Positions 50,945 to 63,953 are shown, numbered from the stretch's first letter. The stretch: 64,000 bases of DNA from Octopus sinensis (GCF_006345805.1 NC_043004.1:91636001-91700000), one strand, 5' to 3'. Made by a program: numbers and translations. The notes: generated from the letters alone by a model not told the origin.

Positions 50945-51353
50945 AAGTATGAAAGGCTCTCGGATAGTTCTTAATTACTGGTTGTTCTTTACTTGAAAGC
51001 AAACAACAACAAATCAACAAAAATTTCAAGTAATGCCTTCTCCTGTGACCCAAAGAGACAATACTCTCTCCTCAGAAGTGCGAGCTGTACACAAAACAAT
51101 GTTGTCTTCTGGATCACCTCGAGCTAGACATTTAATTCTTTCGTCACCCTTCTTTTAGCCAGTTGGCTTGATGACGAATGGCCCACGCTGCTCACCCGGG
51201 GAGCACCGCCGGGCGATGAGAGACCTTCACAAGGTGTTCGAGCCTCATTCAACCGTTTCATTTTATTTTTATTTGACATTTCAGCAGGGTAGGAAATGAA
51301 CTTTAAGTGAAAACCACCAGTTATTTCCCGTGACCCATCACTGACAGGATCTA
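50945..51353 (-). mobile_element. Possible 5' end of an R4/Dong-type element in (AAT)n
   Basis: Short leader then ATG at 51279: MSNKNKMKRLNEART...SQLAKRRVTKELNV*, reminiscent of the N-terminal RRKWT.EEN motif. (AAT)n on both sides. Confidence 0.4.
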
Positions 51354-51376
51354 AATTATTTATTATTGATATGATC

Positions 51377-51407
<31 letters not shown>

Positions 51408-51447
51408 TATTATATTATTATTATTTATTATTTATTATTATTATTAA

Positions 51448-51652
51448 AGCTGCGAGCTGGCAGAGTCGTTAGCACGCTGGGCAAAATACTTTTTGTCCGT
51501 TTTTACTTTCTGAATTCAAATTCCAACGAGGTGGTCTTTGCTTTTCATCCTTTCGGAGTCGATAGATTAAGTACCAGTTGAGTACTGAGATCGATGTAAT
51601 CGATTTAAACCCTCCCACCAAATTTCAGGCTTTGTACCCAAAGTAGAAAGGA
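51448..51652 (+). mobile_element. SINE family B
   Basis: gcgagctggcagagtcgttagcacg head through aaagtagaaaggatt tail. Confidence 0.8.
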
Positions 51653-51980
51653 TTATTATTATTATTAGTAGTAGTAGTAGTGGTGGTGGTGGTAGTAGTA
51701 GTTTATTATCTGAGAATACTATAGTAATTTCATGCCTTAACTCTCTAAGAATCGCCAGTTGTATATTCTCAGGTAAAACGTGTTCTACTTCAGCTTTTGT
51801 GTTCACTTTCTAGTTGAGAACCAAGCATGCAAACACGAGCGCACACGCACACACACGCACGCGCTCAAAGACAGACGCAGACACGCACTCACAAAAAGCG
51901 ATGCTCCAGTATGGCCTTAGCCAGGAGAGTTACAAAAATAAACTGAAATAAATAAATAATTAAATAAATAAATAGAAAGC

Positions 51981-52378
51981 TCTATATATATAAAGCTGAA
52001 GTTGTCTGTGTGTGGCAGGTTTGGTAGCCTCCAACTAACACTATCTCCTCCGAGACCCTGCGGCGCAAGTTGACCAAAATTGAGAGTATGATAGAAGAAG
52101 GCTTGCTCTTCATTCCGTAGAAGAAAATATTTAAATCGGACCATGTTAACACGAAAAATTATTTACATCAAAAAGGTGCATTTTTTTTTTCTATGAAAAT
52201 CCCTATTTTTTACGATTTTTTTTACTGCTGTGTCGCCATTTTTCGGTGTATTTCCACCAGAAAAAATGTTCACTTAAAGAGAATAACAAGCTACACACAA
52301 TACAAAATTTTTACTTTTCAAAAATTCCAATTCTAAAGAGTCGAAACAAACCCGAGCAACGCTGGGCTATACTGCTAG
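51981..52378 (+). mobile_element. Non-autonomous Helitron
   Basis: 5' TCTATATATATAAA, subterminal hairpin cccgagcaacgctggg (52351-52366), and 3' CTAG followed by T. Confidence 0.85.
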
Positions 52379-52519
52379 TATATTGATAAATTCGAAGAGT
52401 TGAAAGAATAAGAAGCTACTTGGCATCGAAGGTGCAGAAACAAATGCAATGAAGTGCTGCTGCAAACACACACACGTACACACACGCAGCAGCAAACACA
52501 AGAACTGCTGCTGCTGCTG

Positions 52520-52561
<42 letters not shown>

Positions 52562-53075
52562 ACTAACTAGCACACAGACACATTTCACGATCACATTTCT
52601 GTTTTCTCAATAACTGTCAATAAACAAGAACAATATCTGTGTCAAGTTTCGCGGCAAGAATTTGTTGAACAAGTGGTAGGTAGGTACCTTGTCAAATACT
52701 CTGAAATAAAGCATCGCCGTTTCAATACTGCGCTGCGTTGTACACTCGTACTGTCGTTCGTTTACGCAGGCACTACCTTTGAGTGGAGTGTGAGCATCGC
52801 AACAGTGCATGCATTCGCCTAACTTATTGTCACCATTTCTATATGTGGGTACATACACACACACACAAACACACACGTACGTATGTATATATGTATGTAT
52901 TTATGAATGTATTTACAAATATGTGTGTGAGTATATATATACACAAATATATATATTTAAATATATAGGTATATCTATCTATCTATCTACCTATATATAT
53001 ATATATATATAATATATATATATAATATATATTTATATTTATATATATAAATATATATATATGTGTTTGTGTGTT

Positions 53076-53119
<44 letters not shown>

Positions 53120-53173
53120 AGTTGTTTTCATTCTCTCTCTCTCTCTCTCTGTCTCTGTTTATTCTATCTTACT

Positions 53174-53211
53174 CCTTTCTGTTGAAGAGCGTAGGCTCGA
53201 AACGTAAAGGG
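53174..53211 (+). ncRNA. Minimal hammerhead motif, CUGUNGA variant
   Basis: Reads CCTTT-CTGTTGA-A-GAGC-GTAG-GCTC-GAAA-CG-TA^AAGGG. Confidence 0.5.
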
Positions 53212-53296
53212 CTTTTTCATTTTTCCGAGCGTTAAACTAATATACTTGCTTGTTGTTCGTATACCTGTCTTCGTCTTTTGTTTTCCTATAAACTTC

Positions 53297-53375
<79 letters not shown>

Positions 53376-53690
53376 TACACACACGCACACAAACAGAGAA
53401 AATGCCCATGAGAGAGATTCTTTATGTTATTCGATGTTAGAGAAATAGCAGTCAAATCTCCCTCAAGTGATATCCTATTGTCTTAAATATGGAAAGAACA
53501 CTGGATAACGTGGTCTAAGGTAAACTCTTAAATGGCGAGATGGTCACGGCTGGAATATATTTTATCATGTATCTGCTCGAGCTGAGATGGTCTGTAGCTA
53601 AACAACAACAACGAGAGAGAGAGAGAGAGAGGAGAGAAGAGGGAGAGGAGGGAGAGAGAGAGAGGAGAGAGAGAGAGACGAGAGAGAGAG

Positions 53691-53724
<34 letters not shown>

Positions 53725-54114
53725 GGTAAGCGTGTTTTGCTTCAAATGTGAAATACACATGCCAAGCACACTTAAGTTGTCTATGAGCTGTGATAAGATA
53801 AGTTCGCTGTGATAGCAATGCCGTTTTCATTCTCGACTGAAATCTCTCACTTGCAATGTTTTCTACTATATTCTATTGAAGATTTCAGAAAAAACCACAA
53901 ACAAGAATTGTGTTTCTACCCAATGAACTTTAAAAGGTAATATACATATTCTTTGGTTAAAGAATTTGCGTGTGTTAACCCCAAAATCGTCTTTTGCGAT
54001 GCGGTAGTATTCGTAATAACAATGGTTTCTCTTGTAAGAACAAGGTCACACGTTTGTAAAGGGAAAAAGAAACAAAACACTCCCCCTACCACTACCACGT
54101 CCAAAATTCAGTAT

Positions 54115-54320
54115 TCTTTGTCTTTGAGTGTATTGTCAATGATTGGAGTGCGGCCATCTCGGAGCACCACCCTGAAAGGTTTAGTCGATTAAATCGACCT
54201 GGGTTATTATTATGAGTCTGGTACTTATTCTATTGCTTCCTTTTTGTCGAACCGCAAGATTATGGGGGCGTAAACGAATTAGCACCGGTTGTCGAAAGGC
54301 GAGAGTCAAACACAAATATC
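54115..54320 (-). mobile_element. SINE family A, 3' half, diverged
   Basis: cggccatctcggagcaccacc...ttagtcgattaaatcgacc...gaaccgcaag. Confidence 0.6.
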
Positions 54321-54734
54321 ACACACGCATACACACACACACACGCATACAACACACAACACAACACATACACACGCGCGCGCGCGCGCGCGGTAGGCTT
54401 CAATACAGTTTCTGTATTCTAATTTCACTCACAGTTCATTGGTCGGCCAAAGACTAGTAAAAGACTCTTACTTCGCAGTAGGAATGAACTCGAAATCATA
54501 TGCTTGCAAAGCGAATATGTTTACTACACCATCATTCCTGCTCCCACAGAATAATGTAGAGTAGTATATATATTTTTTTTTTTTTCAGTCGACCCAATTA
54601 GCTGATTGGCGCTTTTTTAATAAACCTTCAGTGAAAGATAAACACACAGCAGCAAAGGGTTGAACGGGATGTTAATGATCACTACTAAATACCTACTAAA
54701 TACTCTAATGTTTCTTTAAGATAGATGTACTTCT

Positions 54735-55265
54735 ACATGGTACCTATTTACATCTAGGTAGACTGTGTCTCACATGGTACCTGTACAGCTAGATAGACTA
54801 TAATACTTTCGTATAGCCACCTGTGACTGTGTAACTCACATGTTACCTATAAACCAATAGTATTAGGTTGGCTTAGTAAAGATGGATGGAATTTGCCGCT
54901 CTATAGTTAAATATAGTCCGGTCGACTCTTTCTTAAACATGGTACCTTTTACAGTTAGGTGGACTGTGGTACCTATATACAGCTCAAACTTGATTTATTT
55001 ACAGCAAGGTGAACTGTATTTCAACGAAGGTACCTTAATTTGCATTTAGGGGGACTGTACTTTCACGTGGGTACTCCTTTGCAATTAGATGGACAACACA
55101 TCAGTGTTGTACCCATTTACAGCGGGTGGTACGGTACGTACACCTAGGTGGACTATGCCTTAACATGATAACTATATTTACAGCAAGGTGAACTGTACCT
55201 CACTAATTTACCTATTTATATGGTATGTAATCTGTACCTCCACAAGGTACGCATTTATAGTTGAG
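54735..55265. repeat. Degenerate minisatellite, unit about 36 bp
   Basis: acatggtacctatttacagctaggtggactgt variants, roughly a dozen decayed units. Confidence 0.75.
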
Positions 55266-55441
55266 TTCTCTATCCTTCAATATAATACTGCTAAAGTGTG
55301 TCTAAAGCAGCTGGAGGAAGTGTCCTCTGAGGCTACAAACTACAGTAGCATCCACCCTTAGGGTTAGCCATATTTATATGGCAAAATATACGTCACTGCT
55401 ATATACTTTATAGCTAATTGATCTGTATATATCAATACTTA

Positions 55442-55541
55442 NNNNNNNNNNNNNNNNNNNNNNNNNNNNNNNNNNNNNNNNNNNNNNNNNNNNNNNNNNN
55501 NNNNNNNNNNNNNNNNNNNNNNNNNNNNNNNNNNNNNNNNN
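55442..55541. other. Assembly gap (100 N)
   Basis: Run of exactly 100 N; probably a fixed-size scaffolding gap. Confidence 0.99.
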
Positions 55542-55557
55542 ACACACACACACACGT

Positions 55558-55720
55558 ACGCACGCATGCGCACAATGTGTGATAAGATGCTTCCTTCCCA
55601 GAACATGGTTCCTGGTCCAGTCCCACAGCGTGACATCTTGGACAAGTGTCTTCTACTATAGCCTCGAATTAGCCAGAATCTTGTGAGTGGATTTGATAAA
55701 CGGAAACTGGAAGAAGCCCG
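55558..55720 (+). mobile_element. SINE family A, 5' half
   Basis: tgtgtgataagatgcttcc...ggtccagtcccacagcgtgacatcttggacaagtgtcttctactatagcc. Confidence 0.7.
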
Positions 55721-55721
55721 T

Positions 55722-55767
<46 letters not shown>

Positions 55768-55925
55768 AATACAAGAGAGGGTCCACTATGTGGACGCTCT
55801 TGCGCTAAAAGTAGATCCGCAATGGTCTCATTAATTTTTACTGTATCCCAGTTTTTATGCGCTAAACCACTTAGTGTAAATTGATGTTATCAAATTAATA
55901 TCCAATTTTTTCACCCTTATTTTTG

Positions 55926-55970
<45 letters not shown>

Positions 55971-56124
55971 GTATGTATTTATGTATTATGTATGTATGTA
56001 TATGCATATGTATATATGAATATATGTATGTATGTATTTATGTATGTATATGCATATGTATATATGAATATATGTATGCATGTATGGATGTATATATTAT
56101 ATATATATATATGTGTATATATAT

Positions 56125-56235
56125 ATATAGAGAGAGAGAGAAGAGGAGGAAAGAGAGAGAAAAGAGAGAGAGAGAGAGGGAGGAGAAGAAAGAGAGAAGA
56201 GAGAGAGAGAGAGAGAAAAGAGAGAGAGAGAGAGG

Positions 56236-56292
<57 letters not shown>

Positions 56293-56295
56293 GAG
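56125..56295. repeat. (GA)n purine tract
   Basis: Direct reading. Confidence 0.9.
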
Positions 56296-56669
56296 AGATT
56301 CAGATGAATATGGTACTGAAATTGAGGCACCAGAATTTAGTACGGTATTATCCATACAATTTCAAAGTAAGGCGATTAAAATCAAAATAAGCAACAAGGA
56401 TATCCAGAGGTAATGCAGTACGATCGTTTCATGCAACTCCATTTAATTGAACAGTGCAATCATTACATCAGTTTAAAATGCAGAGCAATCTTCAGCTGCA
56501 CAAAGACATAGAATTTAGTTAAATTAGAACAGATGTACACATTAGTATAATTATATCTAAAATCTCCAAGAAGTTAAGGAGATAGGCAAGGAACATGTTG
56601 TCTTCACTCCAGCATAGAAATTACTAAGTTATAGGAATGGTTCATCATCAGGCGAGCCGCATTACTAAA

Positions 56670-56877
56670 AATACTGACTTCAAATTTTGGCACGAGGCCA
56701 GTAATTTCGAGAGAGTGGGTAAGTCGATTAGATTGACCCTAGTACTCAGCTGGTATTTATTTTTTCGACCCCGAAAGAATGAAAGGCAAAGTCGACTTCG
56801 GCGATATTTGAACTCAGAACGTAAAGACGGACGAAATTCCGCTGAGCATTTGCTAACGTTTCTGCCAGCTCGCCGCT
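56670..56877 (-). mobile_element. SINE family B
   Basis: Full head-to-tail match. Confidence 0.8.
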
Positions 56878-57512
56878 TTGCATCACTGAACATATTCAAG
56901 ATAAATTTTCATTACGCGTGCCATTCACATAATCCCGCGGGCCGCAGTTTGCCTGTGACTGCACTATACCATAATATATTTCACCTCAATACACATCACA
57001 TCACATCACAACATACCACGTCAGTTTTGCCTTTTGCACTAGGTTGTTTTCAGGCCGCACTTGGAAAGGTGGGGGGTACCTCCTCTTCTCGTCAAAAATT
57101 TTCTGTGGTCCTTATTTGGACTTCTGGAATCTGGACCGATGTGCCAGTTGAACCAACCCAATCTCATTGGCCCGGCACACTGCTTTGTAACATTCTACAT
57201 CATACTGTACAATTCTATATCTTGCCCTCTTACATCATGTTACGTCATACCTACGTACCATCGTCATGCCGCTCGCTCAGTCCTGATATATCTACAGCGA
57301 CTTTACTCTACAACATTGGCCTAAACACACACACATACAAACTCACACACACAAACTCACACACACACACACACACACGCACACACACACACATACACAC
57401 ACACACACACTCTCTCTCTCTCTATCTCTCTCTCTCTCCCTTATCCAAACATATATACAACTAAAGGTGTGATAGATAGATACATATACATACATACAAT
57501 ATTATTTATATA

Positions 57513-57557
<45 letters not shown>

Positions 57558-57882
57558 GAGAGAGAGAAAGAGAGAGGGAGAGAGGGAGAGAGAAAGAGAT
57601 GTGGGAGATAGAGGGAAGGGTAGAAGAGAAGAGTCAGTTCAAAGGAAATGAGCATATATATATATATATATAAAATATGTATGTTTGTATATATATATAT
57701 ATATATAGTAAGGTAAACAGAGTTATTTTTATAAATACATACTTATTTGTGTGTAAATAAGTATATGTGCACACACCACCACCACCACCACCACCATCAC
57801 CACCACCACCACCAGGCTCATTACAGATTAAATGTATGTTATTCTCTTTACTCCAGCGAGGAAAATTGTATTTTTATATATA

Positions 57883-57989
<107 letters not shown>

Positions 57990-58084
57990 AAGTTTGATAA
58001 GTGCTAAACACACGAAACTCTCCAACTTGAGTCACTGTGTTATTTCTCCTAAATATCTCTCTCTCTCCCTCTCTCTCTCCCCCC

Positions 58085-58117
<33 letters not shown>

Positions 58118-58295
58118 CATACATACAAATGTACATACATATATACACGCACAAACATACATGCATAAATGCATACATACATGCTTGCATGCATGCATAC
58201 ATACATACATACATACATACATACATACATACATACATACATACATACATACATACATACATACATACATGCATACATACATGCATGTATGTATG

Positions 58296-58785
58296 GAATT
58301 CTGGTGGAATATTCCCATCAAAACTTCTGTCAAATGTAAACATAACAGGCCGGATATTGTCGTTTGAGACAGAGGGGCAAAGGTAAGTGCCATCGTAGAG
58401 GTCAGCTGCCCTGCATATATGACTATCTCCTTGAAAATCAAAGAAGAAGATTTCTATGGACAGCTGCTTCGAAACGTCCAGCTTCTATATCCAGACTATG
58501 AATTTATATTCATACCAATAATAATTGGAGCACTAGGTGTTGTTAGTAAATGCTTAAAGAATGCTTAAAGAATAATCTGGATAAACTGAGATTTTCAGAA
58601 AGAGAAATCGACCGACTAATTCGTATATTACAAATGCAATTTCTGAGTGGAACAGTAAAAATATGCAATTTCCAAATGTGAATTTGTCTGTGTTAACTAT
58701 ATCCCAAAGATGGACCCTCGTATCATTGTTGGAAACCGGCTCCCTCCTCAGTGGAAGATTCATAATAATTAAAAAATAGAAGAGA
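58296..58785 (+). mobile_element. 5'-truncated RLE (R2-superfamily) non-LTR retrotransposon remnant in (TACA)n
   Basis: EFWWNIPIKTSVKCKHNRPDIVV*DRGAKVSAIVEVSCP...FYGQLLRNVQLLYPDYEFIFIPIIIGALG...LSGTVKICNFQM*, a PD-(D/E)xK nuclease motif. One premature stop and an 11-bp duplication frameshift. Confidence 0.85.
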
Positions 58786-58834
58786 CATACATACATACAT
58801 ACGTACATTTCGGCTAACTCTGATGAGCGTAAAG

Positions 58835-59188
58835 TTATATAATCGGATTGTTACCTTCTAGATAATAATCAAACATAATATTTTTAGCTTCCAAATTCAA
58901 TTTTCTAAGTGTATCAAACGGTACAACCCTATATTTTTTTGTAATTTCTCTAAGTAATAACTCACGGTAAGTTTGAGTGTCACTGTTGTATATATTACTA
59001 GATTTATCCGTATGAGTTAAGATACCATCTTTACTCTTAAGAGTTCTGATAATTTCCTTCAATTTCCTTTGGTATGGATTCCTTAGTGGATGATTCTTGA
59101 ACTTAATACTCCTAATGGTATTCCATAAATCCTGCTCGAAGTTATCCAAGTATTTATTTGGTGGTGGTGATTTTCTTGATATAACAAG
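58835..59188 (-). pseudogene. Penelope-like element ORF, N-terminal fragment
   Basis: KSPPPNKYLDNFEQDLWNTIRSIKF...YQRKLKEII...ILTHTDKSSNIY...YRELLLREITKKY resembles the pre-RT region of PLE proteins (FE.DL, ADK..N.Y, Y..LL...IT..Y). Assigned from recall. Confidence 0.7.
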
Positions 59189-59190
59189 TT

Positions 59191-59335
59191 AATTATATCC
59201 TCTGATGAGGCCTATGGTTCTTTTAACATATAAGTATAAATTTTAACGCCTACAACCATAATATACTGACATCTATAGGCAATATAAGTTGGATTGATTT
59301 TTGACCATAGGCTGAAACAGCTGCAAGATGTAGTT
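59191..59335 (+). ncRNA. Type-I hammerhead ribozyme motif with canonical core and long loop II
   Basis: Stem I aattatatc(c)t / agatgtagtt; CTGATGA at 59202; stem II ggcctatggt / accataggct; GAAA at 59314; palindromic CAGCTG; cleavage triplet GCA instead of GUA. Confidence 0.7.
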
Positions 59336-60929
59336 TATGAATTTCAATAATTTATTATATGACTTTTAAAATATGTATTTGTATTATTTTTATTATTATA
59401 TTACCTATTGATTTATATAATGTTTTGTTTGCTTTTGATGTTCTCATTTGTATAATTAATAAGTAATGTAAAATTGTAATATCCGTAAATTGATGAACGA
59501 GATGAATATGTTTCTCCATTTTCTTATTTGTATTATAAATTTACGGTAAAAATATTTTTTTACCTTCACCCATTTAATACAATAAATGAGTTAATTGCAT
59601 TGCAATTAAAAACATTTACAAAAAAATACAGTACAAGAAATAAAAACAAACAAGAAAACAAACAATGAGGGCCTTTGTTGGCCTAGACGAGGAAAGATTT
59701 TTAAGAGCGCAGGAAAAAAGCGTGTTCACTTGTAGGAGGCCGCAAGCGAAAGGAAGTGGTCGCCCGGCTGTGAGAGAGATGAGGAGGAGTGAGAGAGAGA
59801 TAGAGAGGAAAGGAAACAAGAAAGGGTGAAAAAGAGAGACAGGCAAAGAGGAAGACAAGGAAGGAAGGGAAGGTCAAGCAAAGGGTTATAGAGTTTCGCA
59901 TCATAATTATATATAAAACTTACTTGGAGGAAACGAAACGACGCGAGGGCGCTCAGTCATACAAATTTAATAAATAAAATATATGCATACATACATATAT
60001 ATATATTCATCTTTTACCTTTTCTTGTTTCACTTATACGGCTGTAGTCACGTTGGGGGCAGTGCTTTCGTAGATTTACTCAACAATTTGATTCTAGTAGC
60101 TATTTTAAAATCTGGAACTTATTCCGTTAGTTGTGTTTTGCTGAATCGCCATGATACGTTGTGAGAAAGGGACAAACACAAACATACATATGCATACATA
60201 CTTTCTTTTTCTTTCTTTTCTTTTTCCCTCTATTTTTCTCTCCTATCTTTCTTTCTCTTTTTCTTTTTTTTTTTCTCCCTCTAATCAATTCTCCAAAAAT
60301 TCACCACGTGCACATATTTATACTCACATATATACACATATAGGTTCAAAATCACAAAGGTCATTCCCTTCCAAATTGAACGCCGGATTTTTTTTTCTCC
60401 TTACCTACATATATATAAAAGGCATAAATCTTCTGTAAAAATATCATTCCTGATGATTCTCTGAAAGGAGATGAAAGCGCTAAATAAATGATTATCCAAA
60501 ATTCTGACTACCTCCTTTTTCTAACTTGTCTGAATCAAGCGACCGAATTGATCGAAAGAAAGAGGCACACAACACACTTGAGTCACATATATTATTTAAT
60601 AACAGTTTCGCCGAACTTCATTAAAGTTTCGTAGGCTCGTAGAACGAACCTAATTCAACTGGCGTCTGGAAATAGCCTGTCGCCAGTGTTTGACGAGATA
60701 GGTTTGTTTCACGAGTCTATGAAACCTCAGTTGCTTGGAACAGAGTCAAAACTGTTTTTGAATTATATATACATATGTGTGTGTATGTATGTCGCCTAAG
60801 CAGTGATTACGTCTTCGATGTATGAGCATGGAAGGCGTGAAAGTGCAAGGTATGATGAAGAAATAATCTAGGCTCATCATAATAAAATATATATTATATA
60901 CGTGCACACACACTCGCACTCACACACAG

Positions 60930-60952
60930 ATGTATGTGTGTATGTATGTATG

Positions 60953-60986
<34 letters not shown>

Positions 60987-61032
60987 TGTATGTATGTATG
61001 TATGTATGTATGTATGTATGTATGTATGTATG

Positions 61033-61066
<34 letters not shown>

Positions 61067-61220
61067 TGTATGTATGCATGCATGCATGTATGTATGTATG
61101 TATATATGTATGTATGCATGCATGTATGTATGTATGCATGCATGCATGCATGTATGTATGTATGTATATATGTATGTATGCATGCATGTATGTATGTATG
61201 CATGCATGTATGTATGTATG

Positions 61221-61254
<34 letters not shown>

Positions 61255-61400
61255 TGTATGCATGCATGCATGCATGCATGTATGTATGTATATATGTATG
61301 TATGCATGCATGTATGTATGTATGCATGCATGCATGCATGTATGTATGTATGTATGTATGTATGTATGTATGTATGTATGTATGTATGTATGTATGCGTC
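60930..61400. repeat. (TATG)n array with CATG variants
   Basis: Direct reading. Confidence 0.95.
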
Positions 61401-61705
61401 TGTGTATATAAGGGAACATTTCTTCCAGCTGTTCCAGTAATTAATATACACTTGCCTATTATTTCGATCTATTTCACATCTTCACTATTTATAGAGCCAA
61501 CACACCACTGTTAAACAGATGTTACTTCCAGCACATGTTTAGCGTTTTAGATAATGATAATAATAATAATAATAATGATAATAATAATAATAATCATCAT
61601 CATCATCATCATCATCTGAAACTAATTTATCATCTAAAATCATTATATCATTATTACATTATTATTATTAAGTTTTTAATAATAATAATAATAATGATAA
61701 TAATA

Positions 61706-61782
<77 letters not shown>

Positions 61783-61784
<2 letters not shown>

Positions 61785-62296
61785 TCTTAACTGATTGGAA
61801 GTGTTATCATGTACATTGTTTTGTCTTGGTATAAAAGATGGGCTACGGCAAATATTCTGCTCAATACCACAGATTTGTTTGTCAGTTGTTTGACCTTAAC
61901 CAGTTGAGCATGTCCCTTAGTGGCTGAAGATATGTGCATCTCTGATCACGAGCAGAAGTAGTGGGGGAGCATCATAGCCATGTGTTGAGAGGGATTCTTT
62001 GGGGTTTGAATAGTTCACCTCTGGAAACATGGGTGGTTCTTTCAACATCCTTAAACAACCCTTATTCAGGGACCGTTTGAGCGGGGTGGCTACTCAACCT
62101 GAAGAAAATTCTAACTGGGCCCCACCTGCAAGGTCATGTGCTGTTTATCTTGATATGAGATCACCATGTCGCGCACATATGGTTGTGATGCATGTGCCTG
62201 GTGTACCTTTATCAGACGGGTAGTCATGATGGGTATATTGGGCTTCGTATATTTTACCCCAGTGTCACTTTGATGGCATGAACTGCTCTCTCACTC
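61783..62296 (+). mobile_element. Family F, longest copy (514 bp)
   Basis: Flanked by (AAT)n; no protein-like ORF; no tRNA-like head seen. Confidence 0.85.
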
Positions 62297-62422
62297 AATA
62301 ATAATAATAATAATAGGAAGAAGAAGAAGAAGAAGAGGAGGAGGAGAAGAAGAAGAAGAAGAAGAAGAAGAAAGAAGAAGAAGAAGAGAAGAAGAAGAGG
62401 AAGAAGAAGAAGAAGAAAGAAG

Positions 62423-62454
<32 letters not shown>

Positions 62455-62460
62455 GAAGGA

Positions 62461-62616
62461 GAATGTATTAAATATTCTCTAGAACAATACTATGTACAAA
62501 ACCAAATATATGAGACCTTAGGCAAAACACCAGCATGAACTTCTAACTTGTCTCTTGAGGTCTCTGGGTGAGATTTGGAGTCAACTTGTACAAATACAAA
62601 GCAAAAGTCAAAACAT
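62461..62616 (+). mobile_element. Family G 3' end
   Basis: Matches 10441-10595 (reverse complement); followed by (AAT)n and preceded by (GAA)n. Confidence 0.75.
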
Positions 62617-62623
62617 AATAATA

Positions 62624-62697
<74 letters not shown>

Positions 62698-62698
<1 letters not shown>

Positions 62699-62777
62699 TA
62701 TACTATGAGTTTCTTTGCCCTAGGAGTCGGGAAGACACTCGGCAAGAAATGGGAGCAAATTTGAAAGAAGAAAAAAG
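62698..62777 (+). mobile_element. Family H 3' end fragment
   Basis: Shares gccctag..g....g.a.acactcggc and aaatttgaa with 62840-63031. Confidence 0.6.
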
Positions 62778-62808
62778 TAATAGTAATAATAATATAATAA
62801 TAATAATA

Positions 62809-62839
<31 letters not shown>

Positions 62840-63031
62840 GTACTGAGAAGAGCATTATCGCTGTGAAAACAACATCCATGAATTTATTCATTTATTAATT
62901 TTTAAGTACATATTTATCTGTGAATTTGCGTGTGTAATCTGGGAATGCATACAATGAGCTTCTCTGCCCTAGTGTATGGAAAACACTCGGCGAGAACGGA
63001 AGAAAATTTGAAGAAAGAAGGAAAAAAACAT
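62840..63031 (+). mobile_element. Family H: last codons plus 3' UTR of an R4/Dong-type element
   Basis: Begins gta ctg aga aga gca tta tcg ctg tga = VLRRALSL*, matching the ILRRTLSIQ* terminus at 26.5 kb. (AAT)n on both sides. Confidence 0.7.
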
Positions 63032-63066
63032 AATAATAATATAATAATAATAATAATAATAATAAT

Positions 63067-63580
63067 GATCTTAACTGATTGGAAGTGTTATCATGTACAT
63101 TGTTTTGTCTTGGTATAAAAGATGGGCTACGGCAAATATTCTGCTCAATACCACAGATTTGTTTGTCAGTTGTTTGACCTTAACCAGTTGAGCATGTCCC
63201 TTAGTGGCTGAAGATATGTGCATCTCTGATCACGAGCAGAAGTAGTGGGGGAGCATCATAGCCATGTGTTGAGAGGGATTCTTTGGGGTTTGAATAGTTC
63301 ACCTCTGGAAACATGGGTGGTTCTTCAACATCCTTAAACAACCCTTATTCAGGGACCGTTTGAGCGGGATGGGCTACTCAACCTGAAGAAAATTCTAACT
63401 GGGCCCCACCTGCAAGGTCATGTGCTGTTTATCTTGATATGAGATCACCATGTCGCGCACATATGGTTGTGATGCATGTGCCTGGTGTACCTTTATCAGA
63501 CGGGTAGTCATGATGGGTATATTGGGCTTCGTATATTTTACCCCAGTGTCACTTTGATGGCATGAACTGCTCTCTCACTC
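63067..63580 (+). mobile_element. Family F copy (tandem duplicate of 61783-62296)
   Basis: Near-identical, with the same 5' truncation point. Confidence 0.85.
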
Positions 63581-63673
63581 AATAATAATAATAATAATAG
63601 GAAGAAGAAGAAGAAGAAGGAGGAGGAGGAGAAGAAGAAGAAGAGAAGAAGAAGAAGAGAAGAAGAAGAAGAA

Positions 63674-63720
<47 letters not shown>

Positions 63721-63737
63721 AGAAGAAGAAGAAGAAG

Positions 63738-63769
<32 letters not shown>

Positions 63770-63775
63770 GAAGGA

Positions 63776-63931
63776 GAATGTATTAAATATTCTCTAGAAC
63801 AATACTATGTACAAAACCAAATATATGAGACCTTAGGCAAAACACCAGCATGAACTTCTAACTTGTCTCTTGAGGTCTCTGGGTGAGATTTGGAGTCAAC
63901 TTGTACAAATACAAAGCAAAAGTCAAAACAT
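63776..63931 (+). mobile_element. Family G 3' end (tandem duplicate)
   Basis: Matches 62461-62616 with no differences noticed. Confidence 0.75.
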
Positions 63932-63953
63932 AATAATAATAATGATAATGATG

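Noticed and set aside
54366-54381. (CG)n run with Z-DNA potential
   Set aside because: Short, and continuous with a (CA)n microsatellite; no evidence of function.
58805-58835. CTGATGAG on the plus strand and GCCGAAATGTA on the minus strand
   Set aside because: The two half-cores are on opposite strands; at most a truncated stem II.
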